Shown here piece after piece: positions 1 through 10,545 of a stretch of DNA of 34,928 nt (the first letter of the stretch is position 1; each line of letters starts with the position of its first letter). The position numbers were made by a program, and so were the translations under genes. Origin of the DNA: Octopus bimaculoides. Lineage: Eukaryota. The notes beneath the pieces were generated by a model. It worked only from the letters and a program-made list of their open reading frames with translations, searched no databases and was not told the DNA's origin. Where the stretch lies: the NCBI RefSeq assembly GCF_001194135.2, contig NC_068986.1, positions 80,147,027-80,181,954 on the forward strand, written 5' to 3'.

Positions 1-30
1 TGTATATATATACATATATATATGTACTCA

Positions 31-370
31 TTGCGTGGCACCTTGGGCAAGTGTCTTCTACTATAGCTTCGGGCCGACCAAAGCCTTGTGAGTGGATTTG
101 GCAGACGGAAACTGAAAGAAGCCCGTCATATATATGTATATATGTATGTGTGTGCATATGTTTGTGTGTCTGTGTTTGTCTCCCCAACATCGCTTGACAA
201 CCGATGCTTGTGTGTTCACGTCCCCGTAACCTAGCGGTTCGGCAAAAGACACCGATAGAATAAGTACTAGGCTTCCAAAGAATAAGTCCTGGGGTCGATT
301 TGCTCGACTAAAAGCGGTGCTCCAGCATGGCCACAGTCAAATGACTGAAACAAGTAAAAGAGTAAAAAGT
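31..370 (+). mobile_element. SINE family A copy (5'-truncated, with internal TA/TG microsatellite)
   Basis: Near-identical to 2757-3128 (tggcacctt...gaagcccgtc, microsatellite, cttgacaaccgatgct...gaaacaagtaaaagagt). Confidence 0.85.
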
Positions 371-574
371 ATATATATTGTTGTTCTAGGGTATTGCTCT
401 GCAATACATATCTGACATTGCTTTCTCATCTAAGTACGGCGTGTTGTATTCGATAATTTATAACCTGGTATCGAAAATTTCAACTCATCGTTCTTTTACA
501 CAACTTATATCTGGATAATACTGATCTTTGTTTTTAATTGTATCCAGCAAACATTTATTCTCCTCTTTTATCTT

Positions 575-790
575 CTATCTTCGTTCACTAAAGCCTTGAA
601 GCCGAACAAATGGTCCCCAGTACTTCATTTTTTTTTAAGTCTGGTATTTATTAAAACGTTACCTTTTGCTAATCTGGAAAGTTACGGAGACGTAAACAAA
701 CAAGCAATGGTTGTCAACCGATTGTGGGGGAACACACAGACACACATATACATACACACACACGCACACACACAGACGCACACACACACA
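575..790 (-). mobile_element. SINE family A, degenerate 3' part
   Basis: Reverse complement of the family A 3' module (gttacggagacgtaaac...ggttgtcaaccgattgtgggg), running into a CA microsatellite. Confidence 0.7.
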
Positions 791-932
791 CGCACACACA
801 CACGCACACACACACACATATATACATTTATACATACATATACATATACATATTATAATATATATGTATCTATAATATGTATATACACAGATATATATGT
901 ATATATATCATAAAGTATATGTAATGCGTGTT

Positions 933-965
<33 letters not shown>

Positions 966-967
<2 letters not shown>

Positions 968-1042
968 GCGGTGTAGTGGAACTGAAACCGAAACTATGTG
1001 GTTGCAAAGTGAGCTTCTTCTTAACCACACAGCCATGCCTGA
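966..1042 (-). mobile_element. SINE family A head fragment (tRNA-like 5' end)
   Basis: Reverse complement reads ggcatggctgtgtggttaagaag...caaccacatagtttcggtttcagttccact, matching the head at 2757-2795. Confidence 0.6.
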
Positions 1043-1474
1043 GAATTTAGTGTTTTAAAACAGCTTTACCAAAAAAATTTTGGAAAAGATCGATAATGCA
1101 AAGAGATGTGAAACTTGCATTAAGATAACTAATTTTCTTTAAGAAAACATAATTACATAATTACATAATGCGCTTACATCGCAAATAATCAAATTAATTC
1201 AGCATATGAAAAGAGATTTCTATGTCTGTTATAAAATCAATTTTTCGATTTAGAATCTAAATAATTTGGTGTAAAGTGAATTATAATATATTACGTAATT
1301 GTTGTCACATGTTTTACTGATTAGACTCAACACTATCATCTGACAAACTGTCGAATATACACATGTGTGTATGTGTGTGTGTCTGTATGTGTATGTTGTG
1401 TGGGGGGAGGGCGCGTGTACGTGTATACATGTAGTTGTGTGATAAGAAGTTTACTGCTCAACCGCATGATTTTT

Positions 1475-2042
1475 GGATCTTTTTTAAAACGGGGGCCACA
1501 TTTTTCATTAACGAAACACTTTGAAACTTGGAACACTGGTAGAATGTGTCATATAAAACATCTTTTTCTCTTTAAAAAAAAAGAAATCCCTAAGTTATTC
1601 CATGTTAAAGTTGTCGTATTTCTGTAATTTCAACCAATCACTGACGTCCATTCAGCCGATATACATTAAGTGCCGACTACATAAACAAACGATTCTGAAA
1701 CAATTCTATCGGTGATAGGGTTAGGGTTAGGGTTAGGGTTAGGGTTAGGGTAAAACAGCAAATTTAAAAAGAAAAAAGCAAAACGAAGGTATGGAAATTA
1801 AATACGCTTTACACCGCTTAATCAGCCAAAGGAGTAAATGTAAACAACTGAATACTTGTCAGTGATTGGTTGAAATTATCGAAATAAGACAATTTTTTAC
1901 ATGAAATAAATTCGAATACAAAAATATTTTTCTGTTCTATAACACAAAATAGATAAGTATATGAAGTTTGAAAGTCTTTCGGTACCAAAAACACTACGTA
2001 AAACATTAATGAAAAATGTGGCCCCCGTTTTAAAAAAGATCC
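1475..2042. mobile_element. 568-bp MITE with perfect 37-bp TIRs and 8-bp TSD
   Basis: TIR ggatcttttttaaaacgggggccacatttttcattaa at 1475-1511 and its exact reverse complement at 2006-2042. Direct repeat tgattttt at 1467-1474 and 2043-2050. Inner 20-bp perfect IR at 1626-1645 and 1858-1877. No ORF. Confidence 0.9.
1716..1750 (+). repeat. Interstitial telomere-type repeat (TTAGGG)5 inside the MITE
   Basis: Five exact TTAGGG units at 1721-1750, preceded by the partial unit taggg. Confidence 0.95.
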
Positions 2043-2059
2043 TGATTTTTTAGTTTAGT

Positions 2060-2290
2060 TTCAATGTGCGGCACTTAGGGCATGTGTCTTCTACTATAGC
2101 CCTGGGCCGACTATTGCCCCGAGCCGACTATTGCCTCGGGCCGACTAAAACCCCGGGAATGTTAACAAACAACACCGGTTGTCATGCGGTGACGGGAGAC
2201 AAGCGAAAACACACACACATATACACACACACTCAAAGCGAGTTTTTTTTTTTCAGCTTTCTTCTAGCTAAATCCACTCACGACTGTCTT
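2060..2290. mobile_element. Rearranged family A SINE fragments in mixed orientation
   Basis: Plus-strand gtgtcttctactatagcc...gggccgact is followed by three near-copies of gccgactattgcc, then minus-strand pieces (caccggttgtcatgcgg; aaatccactcac). Confidence 0.6.
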
Positions 2291-2299
2291 CTATTTAAA

Positions 2300-2335
<36 letters not shown>

Positions 2336-2536
2336 ACACACAAATACATACATACACACACATACACACATACATGCATACACACACGCACACATACATA
2401 CATACATATATACATACATACATACATACATACATACATACATAAAATGCCTTGAGGTGTTTTACTGGTTCTTTACGTTGACTTCAAATCCTACAAACGT
2501 TCTGGCTTTATGCCCATGTTGAAAATGAATAATACT

Positions 2537-2756
2537 GGTGGGTAGCCAGAACTGCGAGAGCATCGAATAGAATGTCTTGCTATATTTATATAAGCTGAGT
2601 TCTGAGTTCAAATTCCGCCAGAGTTGACTCTACCTTTCGTCCTTTCAGGATCGATGAATTAAGTACCAGTCAAGTATTGGGGTCGATGTGATCGACTTAC
2701 CCCCTCCCTATAAATTTCAGGCCTTGTGCTTGTTGTAGAAAGGATTATTATTATTA
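2537..2756 (+). mobile_element. SINE family M (tRNA-like head, central domain, ATT tail)
   Basis: ttctgagttcaaattccgcc...cctttcagga tcgatgaattaagtaccagt...ggggtcgat...aggattattatt. The central domain resembles the MetaSINE Meta domain as recalled, not verified. Confidence 0.85.
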
Positions 2757-3128
2757 GCTTGCTTACCAACCACATGGTTCCGGGTTCAGTCCCACTGCGT
2801 GGCACCTTCTACTATAGCCTCGGGCCGACCAAAGCCTTGTGAGTTGATTTGGTAGACGGAAACTGAAAGAAGCCCGTCGTATATATGTATATATATATAT
2901 ATGGGGATGGTGTATGTTTGTATGTTTGTGCGTCTGTGTTTGTTCCCCCAACATCACTTGACAACCGATGCTGGTGTGTCTATGTCCCCGTAACCTAGCG
3001 GTTCGGCAAAAGCGACCGATAGAATAAGTACTAGGCTTACAAAGAATAAGTCCTGGGGTTGATTTGCTCGACTAAAGGCGGTGCTCCAGCATGGCCACAG
3101 TCAAATGACTGAAACAAGTAAAAGAGTA
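2757..3128 (+). mobile_element. SINE family A, near-complete copy
   Basis: Head caaccacatggttccgggttcagtcccactgcgtggcacc, internal microsatellite and 3' module nearly identical to 31-370; followed by (ATT)n. Confidence 0.9.
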
Positions 3129-3144
3129 TTATTATTATTATTGA

Positions 3145-3179
<35 letters not shown>

Positions 3180-3190
3180 GGTATTATCAT

Positions 3191-3410
3191 TAAGGCGGCG
3201 AGCTGGCGGAGTCGTTAGCATGTCAGACAACGTGCTTAACGGTATTTCGTCTATCCTCACGTTATGAGTTCAAATTCCGCCGACGTCACTTTACCTTTTA
3301 TAATTTTGGAGGTCAATAAAAGAAGTACCAGTTGAGCACTGGGTCGATGCAATTGATTTACCCCCTCCTTCGAAATTGCTGGCCTTGTGCTAAAATTTGA
3401 AATCATTATT
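3191..3410 (+). mobile_element. SINE family M
   Basis: taaggcggcgagctggcggagtcgttagca...gagttcaaattccgcc...aagtaccagttgagcactgggtcgat...ggccttgtgc. Confidence 0.85.
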
Positions 3411-3660
3411 GTTGTTGTTATCGATGTTTATATTATTTACTTTTCTTAATTTTATTTTTATATTCTTTTGTTAAATCCTTATTGTTGTAGTGTCTCCTTT
3501 CATCGATGTAAACCCCTACCTGCCTGTTGCATTTTGTTCTTTGATATTGTCCTCAATGTTTTGAGCCCTTGTGGATAATAAATGAAATCATCATCATCAT
3601 CATCATCCTCATCGTCGCCGTCGTCATCATCATCATCATCATCATTATCATTATTATTAT

Positions 3661-3762
3661 TGAGTGAGAGAGCAGTGCATGCTATCAAAGTGAATCTGGG
3701 GTAAAATATACGAAGCTCATTATACCCATCATGACTACCCGTCTGATAAGGGTACACTAGGA
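3661..3762 (-). mobile_element. Short GC-richer insert between trinucleotide tracts; probable 3' UTR of a non-LTR retroelement
   Basis: About 100 bp flanked by (CAT/TAT)n and (CTT)n(ATT)n. The minus strand ends ...ctctcactcaataataat. Recalled as a common octopus repeat; the class is inferred. Confidence 0.5.
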
Positions 3763-3765
3763 ACA

Positions 3766-3786
3766 TTCTTCTTCTTCTTCTTCTTC

Positions 3787-3859
<73 letters not shown>

Positions 3860-3950
3860 TACTGTGGCCAATAAAACGAATTAATTAATTAATTAATTAA
3901 TTATTATTATTATTATTAATATTATTATTATTGTTATTATTATTATTATC
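3766..3950. repeat. Compound (CTT)n(ATT)n(TTAA)n microsatellite
   Basis: Directly visible; source of the poly-Ile/poly-Arg ORF 3500-3871. Confidence 0.95.
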
Positions 3951-4389
3951 AACAACTTTGTTTCAATGTCAAATTCATACAAATTGTTTATACGTCACGA
4001 AAGTGGATTTCAAATTCGAATAAACACGAGAATTGATGACGCCTTTTGTCTGATTGAGAACCAATAGGCATCAGTGGTACCCTGACGTCGATTCAACACA
4101 TTATACACCCCTACTTTTCTCTATTAAAAATAATTACTCTCATGACAAACCAACAAAAGTGAATTAATACAGCGCTCAAGTGACTAACCAAATTCAGTCG
4201 TAAATCCTATTTATAGATGTATGGCCAAGAAGTTCGATTCAAAATCACGTGGTATTTGATACAGTCTACCTGTACGGCAAGTTGAGCAAGAGCCTTGTAC
4301 ACTAACTTCGTGTACACCCAAGTCTTATCAGTAAAATGGAAGCCCATTGAGTGGGTCTAACAGGCCGATAGTCAGTTCACCGACCATAG

Positions 4390-4650
4390 ACACCGGCATT
4401 TCGCTCTGTGAAGTCAGCTTTGGCTTTCATTCTTTCGTAATCGATAAGATAAAATAGCATTCAAGTACTGGGATCGATATAAGCTTCTAACCATCTCGAT
4501 GTCACAGTCACACAGTGAGATCGATCATGCAAGCAAGGGATTGATTACACTGAGATCAATGTGCCAGTCCAGAGTGATGGACTGGCGGAATGGTTAGTGT
4601 CGAATGAGATGTTTTTCAGTGTGTGTTCCTGGTCTTCGCGTTCTGAGTTC
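4390..4650 (+). mobile_element. Two degenerate family M SINE fragments
   Basis: ctttggctttcattctttcgtaatcgataagataa...gtactgggatcgat near 4420-4480, and a head ggactggcggaatggttag...cgttctgagttc at 4580-4650. Confidence 0.55.
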
Positions 4651-4823
4651 TTGGAAGGAGAAGAATAAATCCGTCGCACGTCTTAACTACCATCTGTTTT
4701 TTTTTTGTTTTTTTGTTTTTTGTTACCATTGGGGGAGATCACTCTGATGCAAACATTTAGGCCACGATTCTGGATTGAGGGAAACTTCTTTCCTTCGTTC
4801 CACCTGTCTTGGAAGCCCTCAGA

Positions 4824-5227
4824 NNNNNNNNNNNNNNNNNNNNNNNNNNNNNNNNNNNNNNNNNNNNNNNNNNNNNNNNNNNNNNNNNNNNNNNNNNNNN
4901 NNNNNNNNNNNNNNNNNNNNNNNNNNNNNNNNNNNNNNNNNNNNNNNNNNNNNNNNNNNNNNNNNNNNNNNNNNNNNNNNNNNNNNNNNNNNNNNNNNNN
5001 NNNNNNNNNNNNNNNNNNNNNNNNNNNNNNNNNNNNNNNNNNNNNNNNNNNNNNNNNNNNNNNNNNNNNNNNNNNNNNNNNNNNNNNNNNNNNNNNNNNN
5101 NNNNNNNNNNNNNNNNNNNNNNNNNNNNNNNNNNNNNNNNNNNNNNNNNNNNNNNNNNNNNNNNNNNNNNNNNNNNNNNNNNNNNNNNNNNNNNNNNNNN
5201 NNNNNNNNNNNNNNNNNNNNNNNNNNN
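4824..5227. other. Assembly gap (other gaps: 6198-6512, 7974-8262, 15745-15797, 18056-19055, 22673-22809, 23467-23765)
   Basis: Runs of N. Confidence 1.
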
Positions 5228-5337
5228 TTTGTTTCGCTTGCGGCTCCGTTCTCATTGTATGGCATCTAGGAGAATTATTCTTGCGTGAATGTGTGTATGT
5301 GCAGGTGTGTGCGTACATGTGTGTTTATGTGTGTGTG

Positions 5338-5383
<46 letters not shown>

Positions 5384-5399
5384 TGTTTGTGTGTGAAGC

Positions 5400-6197
5400 C
5401 GGGTTGACGTAAATTATGTAAAAGCCTGTCAGACTATACCCAGGACCTTTTAGAAGGCGAGATTCAACAGAAACATCAGTCTTGTGCCCAGCGAGGCAAC
5501 TAGGGACCAATGACTCAACGAAGTACCCAGTAAGCCAATAAGAAGTCTAGTGAGTCAACGAGGAGCTCAAAGACCTAACAAGGGATGTATTCATCCAAGG
5601 AGACATCCAGTAAGTCAACACGAGCTCCAACAAGCCAACGAAAGGCCCAGCGAACCAATATGGTAGCCCATGAATATCTGAAGAACACATCTCCAAATAA
5701 AACAAACAAATAAAAACTCACAGGCTCCCACCATCACCACCACTAACCTTGAATTTCCAGAGGACCACCTTTCCTAGGGTTTGAACTCTGAATCGTTCCA
5801 CCGTACCAAACTTCTCTCGGTGGCCTTACTAATACTTGCTAATTTGTGGTTTTTCCCCTCCTTTACTAATACCAGCCTCGTGAGAGGAAGAGGATTGGCG
5901 AAAAGTCATAGACGTTACTCATCCTTCTGTGATGAAGTCATAAAAGAAACTATAACAAATTAAATATAAACGAAGGTAATAGGTGAAACAACAAAACGCA
6001 TGCGATACGAACTGGAAACATTTTGTAATATCGGGGGAAACGGCGAACGTTGATACCTAATCAGCTCGGCCATGAGATATTCTCTCCGAGTTTAGTAGTA
6101 TTTTCAAATAGTTTTACCAGAGGGAGCTTACAGTAAGAGATAGTTTTGAAAGAGGTTTTGGTTGATTTCACCTTATGGGTAGGAACCTATTTGTAAT
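5400..6197 (+). mobile_element. Possible highly degenerate Penelope-like ORF N-terminal region
   Basis: Non-repetitive segment with many stops. Weak resemblance to PLE N-terminal motifs: NLEFPEDHLS*GLN, LVRGRGLA, and NIGG/TANVDT near 6025-6060 (compare KADKGG-V-MD). Confidence 0.3.
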
Positions 6198-6512
6198 NNN
6201 NNNNNNNNNNNNNNNNNNNNNNNNNNNNNNNNNNNNNNNNNNNNNNNNNNNNNNNNNNNNNNNNNNNNNNNNNNNNNNNNNNNNNNNNNNNNNNNNNNNN
6301 NNNNNNNNNNNNNNNNNNNNNNNNNNNNNNNNNNNNNNNNNNNNNNNNNNNNNNNNNNNNNNNNNNNNNNNNNNNNNNNNNNNNNNNNNNNNNNNNNNNN
6401 NNNNNNNNNNNNNNNNNNNNNNNNNNNNNNNNNNNNNNNNNNNNNNNNNNNNNNNNNNNNNNNNNNNNNNNNNNNNNNNNNNNNNNNNNNNNNNNNNNNN
6501 NNNNNNNNNNNN

Positions 6513-6557
<45 letters not shown>

Positions 6558-6563
6558 GGCGTG

Positions 6564-6594
<31 letters not shown>

Positions 6595-6700
6595 ATTATG
6601 TATATGTATATACATATACATACACATGCGCGTTTGTATGTATATGGGTATATGTAAAGATGTATACATATGTATGTTTGCATATGTTTGTATATGTGTA

Positions 6701-6744
<44 letters not shown>

Positions 6745-7059
6745 CGCGTGCGTGATTTCTCATTACTACATCAAAGATGAAAAGATAACCGCTAGCTTTG
6801 TGGTTTGTTTTCTCTCTGTATTTACTCATGTGAGAAGAGAACTCCATTGTTCAGAGATAGACTTTATAGCAGGAAATGATAACGTATGGCCATTTGTCAA
6901 AAGAAACTCATTCCCAAACTCAATGGATTGGTTTATGCTGCTGCAGTATTACGGCTCTCTATTCCAATATGTTCACATCGAAATATCAAACAAATTCTAC
7001 GAACAGAACATTACAATAAAACCCGTTTTATGTAATCCTTACTAATTAAAAGACATTTG

Positions 7060-7089
7060 TGTGTGCATGTGTATGGATGTTTCTATGTT

Positions 7090-7126
<37 letters not shown>

Positions 7127-8414
7127 CTATATGTATATGTGTGTGAGTGATTGTATATGTATAATTCTGTGTCTGTGTATGTGTTTGTTCGTGCATGAGT
7201 GCGTGTCGTCGCATGTGACTGTATGTATGTATGTATGTATGTATGTATGTATGTATGTATGTATGTGTATGTATGTATGTATGTGTATGTATGTATGTAT
7301 GTATGTATGTATATGAGTGTCTGCGTGAGTGTGTGCATGTGTATGTGCTCGCGCGGAAAAACACTTGTTTTCAATCCATCAAAACAACGCAGACACATAT
7401 ACAAACACACACAAACATGCACATACGAGTATATTCATAGCCAGTGACATACACACACATAGACGCACACGTACACACATACATACATACATACATACAC
7501 ACAATAATCACACGGTAAGACAATCACACACATGACAATCACGCAACCTAACAATTCTACAAACACATATACAATCACACACACAGACAATGCCACATGC
7601 GCGCACATACACACGTAATTGCACACAGACTCACACTCTTACACCATTTTTCACACGCATACATACACAACGCCCACACATATACTATACAAACTGAAAA
7701 CATATGCAGCATACACACGTCACACACACACACGCGCACATATATACACACACACATGCATATAAACACATATTCATAGCCAGTCACATGCACACACATA
7801 GACGCAAACGTACACACACGGACACAAACACATATATACACATTTTGAATACATACATGAGTGTGTGTATATTAAACATTCCGTGCATACAAAATGAGTT
7901 TCTACGCTATCTCAGGTGTAAACATCTAGCCAGACGGCATACATACATACATACATACATACATACATACATANNNNNNNNNNNNNNNNNNNNNNNNNNN
8001 NNNNNNNNNNNNNNNNNNNNNNNNNNNNNNNNNNNNNNNNNNNNNNNNNNNNNNNNNNNNNNNNNNNNNNNNNNNNNNNNNNNNNNNNNNNNNNNNNNNN
8101 NNNNNNNNNNNNNNNNNNNNNNNNNNNNNNNNNNNNNNNNNNNNNNNNNNNNNNNNNNNNNNNNNNNNNNNNNNNNNNNNNNNNNNNNNNNNNNNNNNNN
8201 NNNNNNNNNNNNNNNNNNNNNNNNNNNNNNNNNNNNNNNNNNNNNNNNNNNNNNNNNNNNNNATATATATATAATTATATATATGTATATACACACACTC
8301 GCACGCATGCACGTACATATATATACATACATATGAGTGTGTGTATGTGTATATGTGTATGTATGCATGTATGTATGTATGTATGTATGTATATATTACA
8401 AACACACACATACG

Positions 8415-8458
<44 letters not shown>

Positions 8459-8470
8459 CGTGAACACGCA
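7060..8470. repeat. Large compound, degenerate (GT/CA/TA/CATA) microsatellite block
   Basis: Directly visible. Contains a diverged direct repeat of about 50 bp (atattcatagccagt.acat...acgtacacaca) near 7431-7480 and 7770-7820. Confidence 0.9.
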
Positions 8471-8570
8471 TGCATATAAACTTATATGCGCACGCCCACA
8501 CATTAACAGAAAGAAGAGACGAGATTGAAAGAGAGGGCGGGAGAGATTGAGTACAACGTTCACTTCCGTT

Positions 8571-8571
<1 letters not shown>

Positions 8572-8608
<37 letters not shown>
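8572..8608. repeat. (GAAA)n microsatellite
   Basis: About nine AAAG units. Confidence 0.95.
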
Positions 8609-8610
<2 letters not shown>

Positions 8611-9104
8611 TATTTGTTGCTCCTCAGTGAATATCCTATAACTATGTACCAGCTATAGTAGTGACGTCACCATGGACATCAACAGCAGCGACATCTGAAG
8701 CATGATAAAAGAGGTAGCCAATCCGGAACAATGCCATCGTTACAAGCTGCTCTGGCTTTATCTTTCGCAATCCAAGCGTTGTACTGTATTTGCAAGGTTG
8801 AAGATTTGTTTTTATTTTGTTAGGTTTTTGTTGGACTTTTAGTTGTGATTTGTTTTAATTTCTTCTACTTATTTCTGTTTTTTTGTTTTTTTTAACCTTA
8901 TTGCTGCCATGAAAAGCTTGTCATATCTTATGCCATGTGTTCGTTGATGGTTGAATAATTGTTGTAGTGTGTAAACTAGAAATTATTCGTTGGAAGCACA
9001 CGCATACAAACAAATCGAGCGTAGTCCTGAGTAGAGGAAATTCTACGCTGACGCTTGAAGTAAATCTTAGGTCATGGAAACATTAATTGGCTGTGGAAAA
9101 AAAA

Positions 9105-9262
9105 AACAGCCAAATCTCCTTCAAATCATACCTTATAATCTTTAAGTGTGCACTCTGAAAATTTTTTTAAAAAACGGTATCGTCACGACTGGAACGCCTT
9201 TGATCACAGATCTTTTCAGTCAGGGCTGATCAGGGTTTAAAGAAAACACCAACACACAAACA
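9105..9262 (+). mobile_element. Repeat family C copy (SINE-like 3' portion, AAC-rich tail)
   Basis: cagccaaatctcc...cacgactggaacgcctttgatca...gggctga; similar to 13850-14050, 14063-14218 and 34400-34545. Confidence 0.65.
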
Positions 9263-9799
9263 ACCGCGAAAATTTTCCGAGAGAATGAGTCTTATTTACA
9301 ACATTCTGGCAATCTTCTGTTGTATTTTAGCAATGGCGAATATGTTTCCGTGCCGTATGGTTTACAAAGCTTCGTCATTCTGATATTTCTACAACATGAC
9401 AGTTCTGTATTATTTCTACGACAGTAGGTTGGTAAAGAAGATGATTGAGATTGTCACATGCAGAAAGAGAAACAGATTGAATAAGAGAAAGTATTATATA
9501 ATGGACGTAAAACATATAAGTGTAGGCGTCAGACAGAGACAGTTAGATAGATAGATAAATGGAATTCGAAAAGAGAGAAATGAAGATAAATGAAGTATGG
9601 GTAATATGAATTTGGCATAAACATATAAACAGAACAAGATGTGCGCGTGCGTGCTTGCGTGTGTTTGTGTATGTGTGTGTGTGCGTGCGTGCGCACGTAG
9701 GTGTGGTTTTTATCCTCCTTGTGCAAGGATGGATTTATACTGCCCTATGACATAGACTGTTATTTTCAGGTAAGAACTATTATATTAGTTTGACCTACA

Positions 9800-9955
9800 A
9801 ATCCAGCTCGACTTTTCCATTCGTCCCTTTGGTAGTGGCGGTGGGGGGGGGGGGGGGGTCAGTAAAATAAATACCAGACTGGAAATCAATATGATTGATT
9901 ATAACCATCCTTTTACTCTCAAGGTTGGTGATCTGGTACCTAAGGTAGAAACCAG
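9800..9955 (+). mobile_element. Degenerate family M SINE containing a poly-G run
   Basis: caaatccagctcgacttttccattcgtccc...gtcagtaaaataaataccag; a run of about 15 G near 9843-9857. Confidence 0.5.
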
Positions 9956-9999
9956 CATTTAGCTCTCGTAGTTGTTGCTATTATCATTGATGGTCGTTG

Positions 10000-10195
10000 T
10001 CGGACAAAATGCTTAACGGCACTTCGTTCTACTTTACGAGTTCAAATTCCGCTAAGGTCGACTTTGCCTTTCATCCTTTTGGGCTTGATGAAATAAGTAC
10101 CAGTTTGAGCACTGGGGTCGATGTAATCGATTATCCCCCTCTATCAAAACTTCAAGCCTTGTGCAAATAGCAGAAAGGATTTTATTATCATTATT
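10000..10195 (+). mobile_element. SINE family M
   Basis: cggacaaaatgcttaacgg...gagttcaaattccgctaaggtcgactttgcctttcatcc...cagaaaggatttttattatcattatt. Confidence 0.85.
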
Positions 10196-10486
10196 GTTCA
10201 GTAGTTTTATTTTTATAACGTGCTTTCACTTCACTACCGAGCGCAGCTCTGTGCGCCTTGGGTATGTGCTGTGGTTTGCTGTGGTGCTCTTATGGTTACT
10301 GTATTGAAAGTGTTTTGCGTAGGATGTGTGCAGTGCCCAGTAGTGCAATTTTCTGTATGTTATATATATTTGTAAGTCCTGGTGTTTTTGTTATGTATTT
10401 GTCTGAATATTTTTTTATTATACCTAAGGCACCTACTATAATAGGAATTGTTTCTGTTTTTAGATTCCACATTCGAGTTACCTCTA

Positions 10487-10489
<3 letters not shown>
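10196..10489 (-). mobile_element. 5'-truncated non-LTR retrotransposon 3' end, RLE type (R4/Dong/Rex6-like), copy 1
   Basis: Open frame 10489-10296 reads KIEVTRMWNLKTETIPIIVGALG...IQKIALLGTAHILRKTLSIQ*, the C-terminus typical of R4-clade ORFs. About 100 bp of 3' UTR follows. Both ends abut (AAT)-type tracts. Confidence 0.85.
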
Positions 10490-10540
<51 letters not shown>

Positions 10541-10545
10541 GATTT

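Noticed and set aside
596-913. Many ORFs rich in HT/YI/CV/poly-I, L, F, N or D
   Set aside because: They are translations of microsatellites and are not credible proteins.
1716-1750. Telomere or chromosome-fusion site
   Set aside because: Only five units, located inside a TIR element, with no head-to-head array.
4040-4095. CCAAT and TGACGTC motifs as a promoter
   Set aside because: Short motifs with no adjacent exon evidence are expected by chance.
4683-5412. Long ORFs that span N gaps (also 18005-19115 and 23158-23815)
   Set aside because: They are open only because N codons contain no stops.
9843-9857. Poly-G run as a functional G-quadruplex
   Set aside because: It sits in a decayed SINE, and homopolymer length is unreliable in assemblies.
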